NCBI GenBank assembly: GCA_963724765.1
Contig: CAVRVY010000003.1
Location: forward strand, 1,536,001 to 1,600,000
Source: an uncultured delta proteobacterium
Lineage (GTDB): Bacteria; Desulfobacterota; Binatia; Binatales; Binataceae
DNA: 64,000 bases
Direction: 5' to 3'
Part shown: one piece after another, positions 19,037 to 27,174 of the stretch
Layout of the letters: each line of letters opens with the position of its first letter
Position numbering within the stretch: the stretch's first letter is position 1
Made by a program: the position numbers and the translations under genes
Notes under the pieces: model-generated
The model's database searches: none
What the model was told of the DNA's origin: nothing
What the model saw: the letters and a program-made list of their open reading frames with translations, nothing else

Positions 19037-19219
19037 TCGAATCTGCCCGATCGCGCTCACCGCGCGCCGCTACGGCTGAAACAAATCGCCGCCGCCGGCC
19101 GTTTCTATTCCAGCAGGGGCTGTGAAAAGGTACTTGATAGCCGCGCTCGGTTGAGGAACAGGGCGCGCGCATGGCCGGGAAGGGCAGGGACGGGACCGGA
19201 GGGGACCCGGCAGGGCGTC

Positions 19220-20386
19220 ATGCTAAGGGACGGCAAGCGATACGGCGAGCGATTTGGTCTGACGGCGACGGCCGCGATCTGCGTTGCCATATTGCTCGCC
19301 GCAGTCTCGCCGGCAGCGCCGCAGCAGAACGGATTCGGCGCGCCTCCTTCGACAATCCATGATCAGGGCGGCTCGGTGCTCGAAGTGCCGGCGGCGCCGG
19401 CGAGCCAGGGCGGCAAGGAAGCCTCCACGATACCGCCGCTCACGCCGCAGCAGGGCCAGGAACTGGAACTTCCCGCGCGCGCGTTGCGCGCCCAGAGCGG
19501 CTACGAGCAGCTCACGGTGACGGTGACCGATCAGGGCGGCCGTTACGTCACCGGCCTGCAGAAGAGCGATTTCCGCATCTACGTCGACGGCATCCAGCAG
19601 CCGCTCGAGTTCCTGCGCCGCGACACCAACACGCCGGTGTCGATCGGAATCCTTGTTGACACCTCGGGCAGCATGGAACCGAAGATTCCACAGGCGCGCG
19701 CGGCGATTGCGGAGTTCATCCGCGAGCTCAACCCGAGCGACGATATCTTCCTGTATGCGTTCTCAGACCAGCAATTCCTGTTGCAGCCGTTTACGATCAA
19801 TCATGAGCTGGTGATGCGCCGGCTCGGTCTGCTCCATGCCTTTGGTGACACGGCGATCTTCGACACCATCATAGATGGTCTGCACAGGATCAGTCGCGGG
19901 CGCTACGACAAAAAAGCGTTGCTGGTCGTGACCGACGGGATGGACAATGCGAGCCGGGCGACGCTGCCGGAGGTGGTTGGCCGCGCGCGCCGGATGGGCG
20001 TGCTGATCTACTCGATCGGAATCGGCGATCCGAACTCGAGCAAGATCGGTTTCGGCATCGGCTCGCTGCTGTTTGGCGGCAATCTCGACCACGTCGACGC
20101 CGAGATGTTGCGCGAGCTGTCGACCGAGAGCGGCGCGCGTACCTACCTGCTGCGCGAAGTTGGCGACGGTGAACTGCTGCGCCAGGATTGCGTCGCAATC
20201 AGCAACGAGTTGCGAGAACAATATACTGCGGGCTTCGTGGTCCCGGATCCCTCGATGCCGGGTTATCGCAGCCTGCGCGTGGACATCCCGGGAAGGCCCG
20301 AGCTTACGGTACGCACGCGCAAAGGCGTGACCGTTGGCCCGGGCGCGCCGCCAGCATACGCCGGTGCTGGCGTGCCAAATCCGTAG
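19220..20386 (+). CDS. Exported VWA-domain protein
   Basis: VTVTDQGGRYVTGL, MIDAS DTSGS, TAIFD, VTDGMDN, ELREQY; signal peptide. Confidence 0.88.
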   Translation: MLRDGKRYGERFGLTATAAICVAILLAAVSPAAPQQNGFGAPPSTIHDQGGSVLEVPAAPASQGGKEASTIPPLTPQQGQELELPARALRAQSGYEQLTVTVTDQGGRYVTGLQKSDFRIYVDGIQQPLEFLRRDTNTPVSIGILVDTSGSMEPKIPQARAAIAEFIRELNPSDDIFLYAFSDQQFLLQPFTINHELVMRRLGLLHAFGDTAIFDTIIDGLHRISRGRYDKKALLVVTDGMDNASRATLPEVVGRARRMGVLIYSIGIGDPNSSKIGFGIGSLLFGGNLDHVDAEMLRELSTESGARTYLLREVGDGELLRQDCVAISNELREQYTAGFVVPDPSMPGYRSLRVDIPGRPELTVRTRKGVTVGPGAPPAYAGAGVPNP

Positions 20387-20439
20387 CCGCGTTTGCGCGT
20401 CATCCTGGTATAGGCCGGGCCATGCGAGCGAATAGATAC

Positions 20440-21174
20440 TCACCCGGGGATGGTAGCCGGGTTGATTCCGCACCCCCCTCCAACCTGCTGACTACTGATA
20501 ACTTGCCCGCGGCGACTAGCCAATCCTCCCGCTCTTTTCGGCGCCAATCCCGCACGCACTGGATACGGCTGGTACCGGATTGTCCGGTCGCGCCGAACAG
20601 GTGAATGGCGCACGGTAAGGCTAGAGCCGCCATCATGATCTTCCACGGACAGAGCGACACGGCAGACTCCGCCGGATGTTCCCGTGGACTTGAACCCGCG
20701 TCGGATAAGAAAGCGCATCGCGCCGCGGTTCGACGCCATAACGTCGGCCTCCAATCGATCGAGTCGCACGTGCCGCGCCAGCCCGATGAGGGATTCCAGC
20801 AGGAGCCTGCCAACTCCTCGACGCTGATAGGCATCAACGACGCTTAGCGCCACCTCGGCTACCGACCGGCACTCTTCCAATGCCACGTAGCGGCCGTCGC
20901 TTACAATGGTCTCTGAGTCGCCGCCGTTGATGGTCGTTACCACCAGCGCGACATGGCGCAGGAAGTCCGGCTCCGTAAAAAAGCGTAGCTCGTGAGACGA
21001 GAGTCCATTTTTGATACCGAAGAATCGATGGTAGCGAGAATCAGAACTCAGCCCGTCAAAGTGACGTGCAAGGCGTTGCTTGTCGTTGGGGCGGATTGCG
21101 CGAATCCGTACGGGAGTTCCGTCGTGTAAAGTCGCATTAGCAGAGTAGTCCGATAGCGCGTTGATTGCCCACAT
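20440..21174 (-). CDS. GNAT acetyltransferase (stand-alone Pat-type GNAT domain)
   Basis: LHDGTPVRIRAIRPND, LSSDSRYHRFF, AEVALSVVDAYQRRGVG; AAGGA RBS. Confidence 0.85.
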   Translation of the reverse strand: MWAINALSDYSANATLHDGTPVRIRAIRPNDKQRLARHFDGLSSDSRYHRFFGIKNGLSSHELRFFTEPDFLRHVALVVTTINGGDSETIVSDGRYVALEECRSVAEVALSVVDAYQRRGVGRLLLESLIGLARHVRLDRLEADVMASNRGAMRFLIRRGFKSTGTSGGVCRVALSVEDHDGGSSLTVRHSPVRRDRTIRYQPYPVRAGLAPKRAGGLASRRGQVISSQQVGGGCGINPATIPG

Positions 21175-21193
21175 GCTTTGTCCTTTTCATCCC

Positions 21194-21265
21194 GATGCTC
21201 GGCTCTTCAAGCCGTTTGATGCTCGACTGTTCAAGCCGTCTGATGCCCGGCTCTTGAAGCCGCTC
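21194..21265. repeat. Three tandem 24-bp repeats, each with an internal CGGCT-N5-AGCCG palindrome
   Basis: Units gatgctcggctcttcaagccgttt, gatgctcgactgttcaagccgtct and gatgcccggctcttgaagccgctc start at 21194, 21218 and 21242. Confidence 0.9.
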
Positions 21266-21357
21266 GTTTGCAGATTACGGATCGGCGCGAAGCCTTTGGC
21301 CATTCGCGAAACCGCTGTGCGCGTTTAGCGAGGAATGCCACGGGCGTCGCTAATCCA

Positions 21358-21373
21358 AGCAGCATCCGTGCCA
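21358..21373 (-). promoter_or_regulatory. Putative sigma54 promoter of the GNAT gene
   Basis: Minus strand TGGCACGGATGCTGCT: consensus -24 TGGCACG with GG-N10-GC spacing. Confidence 0.7.
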
Positions 21374-21624
21374 TCACCTCTCCAGAATTTCCTGGCCATC
21401 AATGTTTCCCCTAACAGAGCATCACGTGCTCATTCCCTGTGCCTGCGCCATTAGCTTGGACAGACAACCTCTGCCGATACTGCGGAAAGCGCAGAGCATA
21501 GGAGATAATTTCGAGAGAGATCGTTACGAACTTGTTATGAATCGGCTGCGATCGCCGATATCAAAAAGCGCTTGCATGGAGGGTCAGGCGTGCGGGACTG
21601 AGACATGGACAGTAAATTAAACGC

Positions 21625-22209
21625 CTAACCTGTTACTTGATCGCTCAGTCCCTCCAGGTCGTGACTCATCACCACAAGATCGCGCGCCCGGCCTTTACGA
21701 TCCACCACCCAATCCTGTAACAGCGCTTCGACACTGAAACCTAACTTCTCGAACGCGGCACGAGCGCCAGCCTGATCGGGCGTCATCATCGCGGCCATCT
21801 TCTTAAGTCCGCGTGCTTGTCCCAGTCGAAAGATTTGCGCCGCAAGTTGTCTGCCGAGGCCCATGCCCCTGTATGGGACGCCGACCTGGACACGAATCTC
21901 GCCGACTCTGCGCGTCCAACGCGCCTGCTCAAGATGCAGGCTCGCGTAGCCAGCTAATTCGCCATCGACTTGCGCCAGCACGGTCATCGTCGCGCCCTTT
22001 TCGAGATTTGCGATCCACTCGTCAACGAGTGCCGGTTCGGTGATGTCGGTGCGCAAAAAGAGCAGATCATCGGGCGGTAGCGATCGTGCAAAGCCCAATA
22101 TTTTTTGCTTGTCCGCCGCTTCCATCAGCCTGAGCGACACTCGCCGGCCGTCGGAAAGTTTCAACTCTCTGGCATAGCCAGAATCTTCGCCCGCTTCCTG
22201 TTTAGCCAT
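21625..22209 (-). CDS. GNAT acetyltransferase
   Basis: DLLFLRTDI, GEIRVQV...YRGMGLG, FEKLGF. AAGGGAG RBS before ATG 22209; alternative start at 22239. Confidence 0.85.
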   Translation of the reverse strand: MAKQEAGEDSGYARELKLSDGRRVSLRLMEAADKQKILGFARSLPPDDLLFLRTDITEPALVDEWIANLEKGATMTVLAQVDGELAGYASLHLEQARWTRRVGEIRVQVGVPYRGMGLGRQLAAQIFRLGQARGLKKMAAMMTPDQAGARAAFEKLGFSVEALLQDWVVDRKGRARDLVVMSHDLEGLSDQVTG

Positions 22210-22427
22210 GGATGTCTCCCTTGTGGCCTGCACCGCCATGAGCCATCGGATCGGAATCGGAAGAGCGATTACAAGGACAGGATATCAAACCGGTCGAGCC
22301 TTTGTAGAGCAATCTATGCGGTCGAGCGGCCGGATTCGCGTCGCAGTGGAAAGATATTCAATTGACGAAATCAGAGAATTGGCGCATCGTTGAGTGTCTA
22401 AGCTGCAACAAGATCCGGAGCGTCAAA

Positions 22428-23966
22428 ATGGCTGAGGCAAGCAAACTTTCGCGCCGCCTGAGCACCCAGGACGCTTCATTTCTATACAACGAGACGCCCA
22501 ACGGCCCACTGCACATCGGTCTCCTCCAAACCTTCGAAGGCGAGATCGAGTTCGATCGGCTGATAGAGTATTTCGAGCGCCGCATTCATCTTTTGCCGGG
22601 TTACCGGCAGCGCCTGATTTTCGCGCCGTTTAACCTCGCTCACGCGACCCTGGAGGATGATCCGGCGTTCGAGCTGCGCAATCACCTAAAGCGCCACACG
22701 CTCCACAGCGGCGCCGACGACGCTGAAATGGCCGAAATAGCGATGTGCGTCAACGAGCCTCCGTTGGAGCGGAGCCGCCCGCTATGGGAATTGCATCTGT
22801 TCCAGGGCCTCGAGGGCGGCCGTTCAGCGCTGCTGTGGAAAATCCATCACTGCATTGTCGACGGGGTCTCAGCGTTGCAATTGATTGCGACCGCGATGGA
22901 TCTGAGACCTGACGCTCCGGCGCCGGCGCCTGAGCGTGAGCCGTGGGCGCCCGCGAGCCTGCCCGACAGCTCCAAGTCCCTGCTGGACGCGGCGGTAGCG
23001 CTGGTCGAGAACCGGCTCGATGAACTGCATGAGGCCGCAAGACTGCTGAGCTCGCCGGCCGATCTGGCCGAGCGGAGCGCTGCGATGGCCGGCGCGGCCG
23101 CGCAGATGTTCCAGATGATGTCGCGGCCGATCGTTGCGGCGCCATGGAACATGGGGCTCGTCAGCCGGGCCTGCTCGCTAGCGTGGCTTAGGGTCTCTTT
23201 CGGCGACCTTCGCGCAATCCGCAGCGCGCTTGGTGGCACGGTCAATGACGTGGTGCTGACTATCCTGAGCGAGGGCGCCGCGCGCTACCTGAAACACCAC
23301 GAGGTCGCCACAGATGGGCTTGCGCTGCGCGTCGGATGTCCGGTCAACGTGCGGCGCGAGGGCGAGAACGGAGCGATGGGCAACCGGGTATCAATGATGT
23401 TTCCCGAATTGGCGGCGACGCCGATGGACCCAATCGAGCGCTACCGCTCAGTAGTGCGGGAGACCGAGCGAATCAAGGCTGCGCGCGAGCCGCAGGGGAT
23501 GGACTTGCTAACGGCGACCGCTGACTCGGTCTCGCCCGGCTTGCAAGACTTCAACTCGAAGATGACAAATAGCGCGATCGAGGCCGCGACACGGCTCTCC
23601 GAGTTCACAGGCGGTCTGGCCCGAATGATCGCGGGGCCGCCGATGGGGATCAACTTCATCGCTACGAACGTGCCGGGGGCTCAGGTTCCGATGTACCTGG
23701 CGGGGCATCGGATGCTCGATTTCGTCGGCCTCGTTCCACTGGCGGGCACGCTCGGCTATGGCGTGGCGATAGTTAGCTACAATCAGAACCTGTTCTTTGG
23801 ACTGATGGCGGAGCCGCAGATGATGCCCGACGTGGAATTCATGAAGTCGTGCATCGCAGACGCCTTTGAGGAACTCAAGGCCGCAGTGCAAAGAGTAATG
23901 TCCGCGCAAGAGCAATTGATAAAGGCGGCCGGACAAGTACTGAAACGCGATTCAGCGCTGGCGTGA
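22428..23966 (+). CDS. Wax ester synthase/diacylglycerol acyltransferase (WS/DGAT)
   Basis: LSTQDASFLYNE, RPLWE, catalytic HHCIVDG (HHxxxDG), TVNDVVL, TNVPG. Confidence 0.93.
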   Translation: MAEASKLSRRLSTQDASFLYNETPNGPLHIGLLQTFEGEIEFDRLIEYFERRIHLLPGYRQRLIFAPFNLAHATLEDDPAFELRNHLKRHTLHSGADDAEMAEIAMCVNEPPLERSRPLWELHLFQGLEGGRSALLWKIHHCIVDGVSALQLIATAMDLRPDAPAPAPEREPWAPASLPDSSKSLLDAAVALVENRLDELHEAARLLSSPADLAERSAAMAGAAAQMFQMMSRPIVAAPWNMGLVSRACSLAWLRVSFGDLRAIRSALGGTVNDVVLTILSEGAARYLKHHEVATDGLALRVGCPVNVRREGENGAMGNRVSMMFPELAATPMDPIERYRSVVRETERIKAAREPQGMDLLTATADSVSPGLQDFNSKMTNSAIEAATRLSEFTGGLARMIAGPPMGINFIATNVPGAQVPMYLAGHRMLDFVGLVPLAGTLGYGVAIVSYNQNLFFGLMAEPQMMPDVEFMKSCIADAFEELKAAVQRVMSAQEQLIKAAGQVLKRDSALA

Positions 23967-24126
23967 TCGCGTCACTGATTGGGCATAGACGCGAGGAGCA
24001 CAAACCGCTCGGTTGCATAGGGGCCAGGCCTTCAAACCGATTTCCTGAAGAGCACCGAAAGCTCCGGCTCAACAAGTTTCCGGCGTCGCCGGCCCCGCAG
24101 GGCCGCAAGGTGTCAGGAGAAAGAGC

Positions 24127-24624
24127 ATGGGACAGCCAGAAAACGATGGCGATATAGCTGCACTCTATCAAGCCCTGGGGGCCGAGGTGCAGGAGGTCCT
24201 GCGCAAGGCGTCAGCGGCGGGAGCCGATCGCGAAGAAGTGCGCGCCGCGGCCTGGAAGGCCTACGAAGCCTGGGTGCGCGCTGCGCATGCTTCAATCGAG
24301 AAGGTGGTGGCGACGCCGGCGGTTGGCGACGCGGCCGCGGGAGTGCTCAATCTCTTCTTGCGCGCGGCGCAAGTCGGCAACTCCGTGGTGGGCTCGCTGT
24401 TCGCGCCGCTGTGGCCGCTGGTCGGACTGACCCCGCTGACCGAGACGCAGGCGTTGTTCGATAGAATCGAGAGCCTGCGGCGCGAGGTGCGACAATTCAC
24501 CGCGCCGGGCATGCCGAAACCGATCGCGCCCGTCGCTGCGCCTCGCGCGGCGGCGCCCCGGAGCCGGCGTGGACAAAATGGAAATGTTTCCCGTGACAAG
24601 AAGCCGGCTGCCATTAGCCAGTAG
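24127..24624 (+). CDS. Short PhaE-like/granule-associated helical protein
   Basis: AGGAG RBS. C-terminal GLTPLTETQALFDRIESLRREVRQ resembles the PhaE C-terminal heptad; lies directly upstream of phaC. Confidence 0.55.
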   Translation: MGQPENDGDIAALYQALGAEVQEVLRKASAAGADREEVRAAAWKAYEAWVRAAHASIEKVVATPAVGDAAAGVLNLFLRAAQVGNSVVGSLFAPLWPLVGLTPLTETQALFDRIESLRREVRQFTAPGMPKPIAPVAAPRAAAPRSRRGQNGNVSRDKKPAAISQ

Positions 24625-24651
24625 AACGCGACCAGCCGGCGCTGTCGCGCC

Positions 24652-25740
24652 GTGCAAAAGGCAAGCGCTATGTCACTGATGACCGAACTTCCGATGTACT
24701 GGTTGGATGGCGCGGTGCGAGCGCTCGACGGCAGGCGCCGGGGATTGAGCGACCATTATCCGCTGAGCGAAGATCCTCCGGGAATAACTCCGTACGAGGT
24801 TGTTTACGAAGGCGGGAAAGTCAGGCTGCGGCACTACGCGGCGCAAGGGAATTCGCATCGCACGCCGCTGGTCTTCGTCTATGCGCTGATCAAGAGACCC
24901 TTCATACTCGATCTGTTTCCGGGACGCAGCGTGATGGCGAACCTGACCCGACAAGGCTTCGACGTCTACATGGTTGAATGGATTCCGCCGGCGCGGGCTG
25001 ACAGTTGGCGCGGATTCGACGCCTACGTGAACCATGACCTTGGCGATACGATGCGCGCGGTTCAAAACCTGACCGGCGTGGCGAAAGTTAATTTGCTGGG
25101 CTACTGCTTCGGCGGCCTGCTGACGCTGTTGTACGCGGCGTTGCATCCCGACGACATCAAGAACCTGATCACGCTCACGACGCCGTTCGACACCGCGGTC
25201 GAAGGCAATCCGCTGTTCAATCTCGAGAGCAGATTCAGCGGCCAGACAGTTGACCTGGTCACGTCGGTGTACGGGAATTGCCCGGCGTGGTTTATAAGAG
25301 GACTATTCACTGCGACCGCCGTCGTACATCACGCGATCGACAAGTACGTCGCGCTCTATCGGAACAAGGAGAAGGAGGACTACGCGGAGTTCTTCGACTT
25401 GTTCGAGCAATGGATGGCTGGCGACGTGCCGCTGGCCGGACGGATATTCCGCGAGGTGACGCGGGAAATCTTTCAGAAGAACCTGCTTAAGAAGGGTGAG
25501 TTCAACGTGGGCGGCGAGCACGTGGACCTGGGAAAGATCGTCTGCCCGCTGCTCAACGCGGTCGGCGAGTACGATGACGTGGTGTTTCCGGCCTCCAGTC
25601 TGCCGTTGATAGATTTCGTCGGCAGCGAGGACAAACGCAATCTGACGTTTCCCGCGGGACACATCGGGATGGTGGTGAGCGGCGCGGCGCACAAACAGTT
25701 CTGGCCACAAGTAGGCGCCTGGCTCGCCGAACGTGACTGA
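24652..25740 (+). CDS. phaC: Class III-type PHA synthase PhaC (start may be 24670)
   Basis: TPYEVVY, VYALIKRPFILDL, lipase box GYCFGG, GEYDDVV, AGHIG; ~360 aa. Confidence 0.85.
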   Translation: MQKASAMSLMTELPMYWLDGAVRALDGRRRGLSDHYPLSEDPPGITPYEVVYEGGKVRLRHYAAQGNSHRTPLVFVYALIKRPFILDLFPGRSVMANLTRQGFDVYMVEWIPPARADSWRGFDAYVNHDLGDTMRAVQNLTGVAKVNLLGYCFGGLLTLLYAALHPDDIKNLITLTTPFDTAVEGNPLFNLESRFSGQTVDLVTSVYGNCPAWFIRGLFTATAVVHHAIDKYVALYRNKEKEDYAEFFDLFEQWMAGDVPLAGRIFREVTREIFQKNLLKKGEFNVGGEHVDLGKIVCPLLNAVGEYDDVVFPASSLPLIDFVGSEDKRNLTFPAGHIGMVVSGAAHKQFWPQVGAWLAERD

Positions 25741-25763
25741 GAAGGCGCGCCGCCTGCGCCAGT

Positions 25764-27170
25764 CTACAGCAGGGCGCGGCGCATGTCTGAGAGTATTGCG
25801 CCCAGGTAGGTGACGAAGCGCGCGGCGAGCGCGCCGTCGATCACCCGATGATCGTAGGCGAGCGACAGCGGCAGCATCAGGCGCGGAACGAAAGCGCCGT
25901 CGCGCCATACCGGTTTACGGCTGAGCCGCGAGAGTCCGAGAATAGCCACTTCGGGCGCGTTGATAATCGGCGTGAACGCGGTGCCGCCGATTCCGCCAAG
26001 GCTCGACACGGTGAAGCATCCGCCCTGGATGTCGGCCATCTTGAGCTTTCCCTCGCGCGCCGCCTGCGCAAGCGCCGCGGTGTCGCGCGCGATTTGCAGC
26101 ACGCCCTTTTTATCAACGTCGCGAATCACCGGCACCACCAGGCCCTCGGGCGTGTCAGCGGCAAAGCCGAAGTGGAAATACTTCTTCAGAATGAGGTTGT
26201 CGCCGTCGAGCGACGAGTTGAATTCTGGATACTCAGTCAGCGCGCGGACCAGCGCTTTAAGCACAAAGGCCAGCATCGTGATACGGACGCCGTCGTTTGT
26301 GTGCGCCTCGCCGAGTTCGTGGCGCAAGGCCTCGAGTTCGGTTACGTCGGCCTCGTCGAACTGGGTGACGTGCGGGATCATGACCCAGTTGCGCGCCAGG
26401 TTCCCCTTTGCAATGCGGCGGATGCGCGATAGCGGGAGCGTTTCGATCTCGCCGAATTTGGCGAAGTCGATCTTCGGCCACGAGACCAGCTCCAACGCGG
26501 CGCCCACGCCTGCGCCGGTTGCGCGGCCCGGGGCCGCGATCGCGGATTTCACGAACTTCTGCACGTCGCTTCTGAAGATTCGTCCGTTCAATCCGGTGCC
26601 CTGGACGGCATGCAGATCGACGCCGAGCTCACGCGCGAATTTGCGCACGGACGGGCTCGCGTGCGGTTTGTGATCGGACTCGGTCTCGGTCTCGCCGATT
26701 AGTTCGGTAGATTCGGGCCGGGCCGCCGTGGCCGCATCGGGTTTGCCGGGCGCAGCGGGAGCACTCTGGGAAGTCGCCGTCGGCGCCGCGGCGGCGGAGG
26801 CGGGCTTTGCCCGCTGGGGCGGTTCAGCCTTGGCCGGTGTGGGACTGGTGGCGGCCGGCGCCGCCGCCGGTGCTGGTTTGGCCTCGGCCGAGGGCTTGCC
26901 CGCTGCCGCAGGTTTGCCATCGGCCGCCGCCGCGGTCTCGATCACGACGATTGCCGAGCCCTCCGAAACCTTGTCGCCGACTTTGACCCGGATTTCCTTG
27001 ACTACACCGGCCTCAGTCGACGGCACTTCCATCGAGGCCTTGTCGGATTCGATGGTAATCAGCGAATCGTCAACGCGGACCGGGTCGCCCGGTTTGACCA
27101 TCACTTCGATGACTTCGACGTCGGAGAAATCGCCTATGTCGGGAATCTTGATATCGACCAGCGCGCCCAT
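25764..27170 (-). CDS. aceF: Pyruvate dehydrogenase E2 (one lipoyl domain)
   Basis: ESDKASMEVP lipoyl motif, A/P linker, HASPSVRKFARELGVDL, DHRVIDG. Confidence 0.96.
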   Translation of the reverse strand: MGALVDIKIPDIGDFSDVEVIEVMVKPGDPVRVDDSLITIESDKASMEVPSTEAGVVKEIRVKVGDKVSEGSAIVVIETAAAADGKPAAAGKPSAEAKPAPAAAPAATSPTPAKAEPPQRAKPASAAAAPTATSQSAPAAPGKPDAATAARPESTELIGETETESDHKPHASPSVRKFARELGVDLHAVQGTGLNGRIFRSDVQKFVKSAIAAPGRATGAGVGAALELVSWPKIDFAKFGEIETLPLSRIRRIAKGNLARNWVMIPHVTQFDEADVTELEALRHELGEAHTNDGVRITMLAFVLKALVRALTEYPEFNSSLDGDNLILKKYFHFGFAADTPEGLVVPVIRDVDKKGVLQIARDTAALAQAAREGKLKMADIQGGCFTVSSLGGIGGTAFTPIINAPEVAILGLSRLSRKPVWRDGAFVPRLMLPLSLAYDHRVIDGALAARFVTYLGAILSDMRRALL

Positions 27171-27174
27171 CGCA

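Noticed and set aside
21194-21265. 24-bp palindromic repeats as a CRISPR array
   Set aside because: The units are head-to-tail with no spacers, and there are no cas genes.
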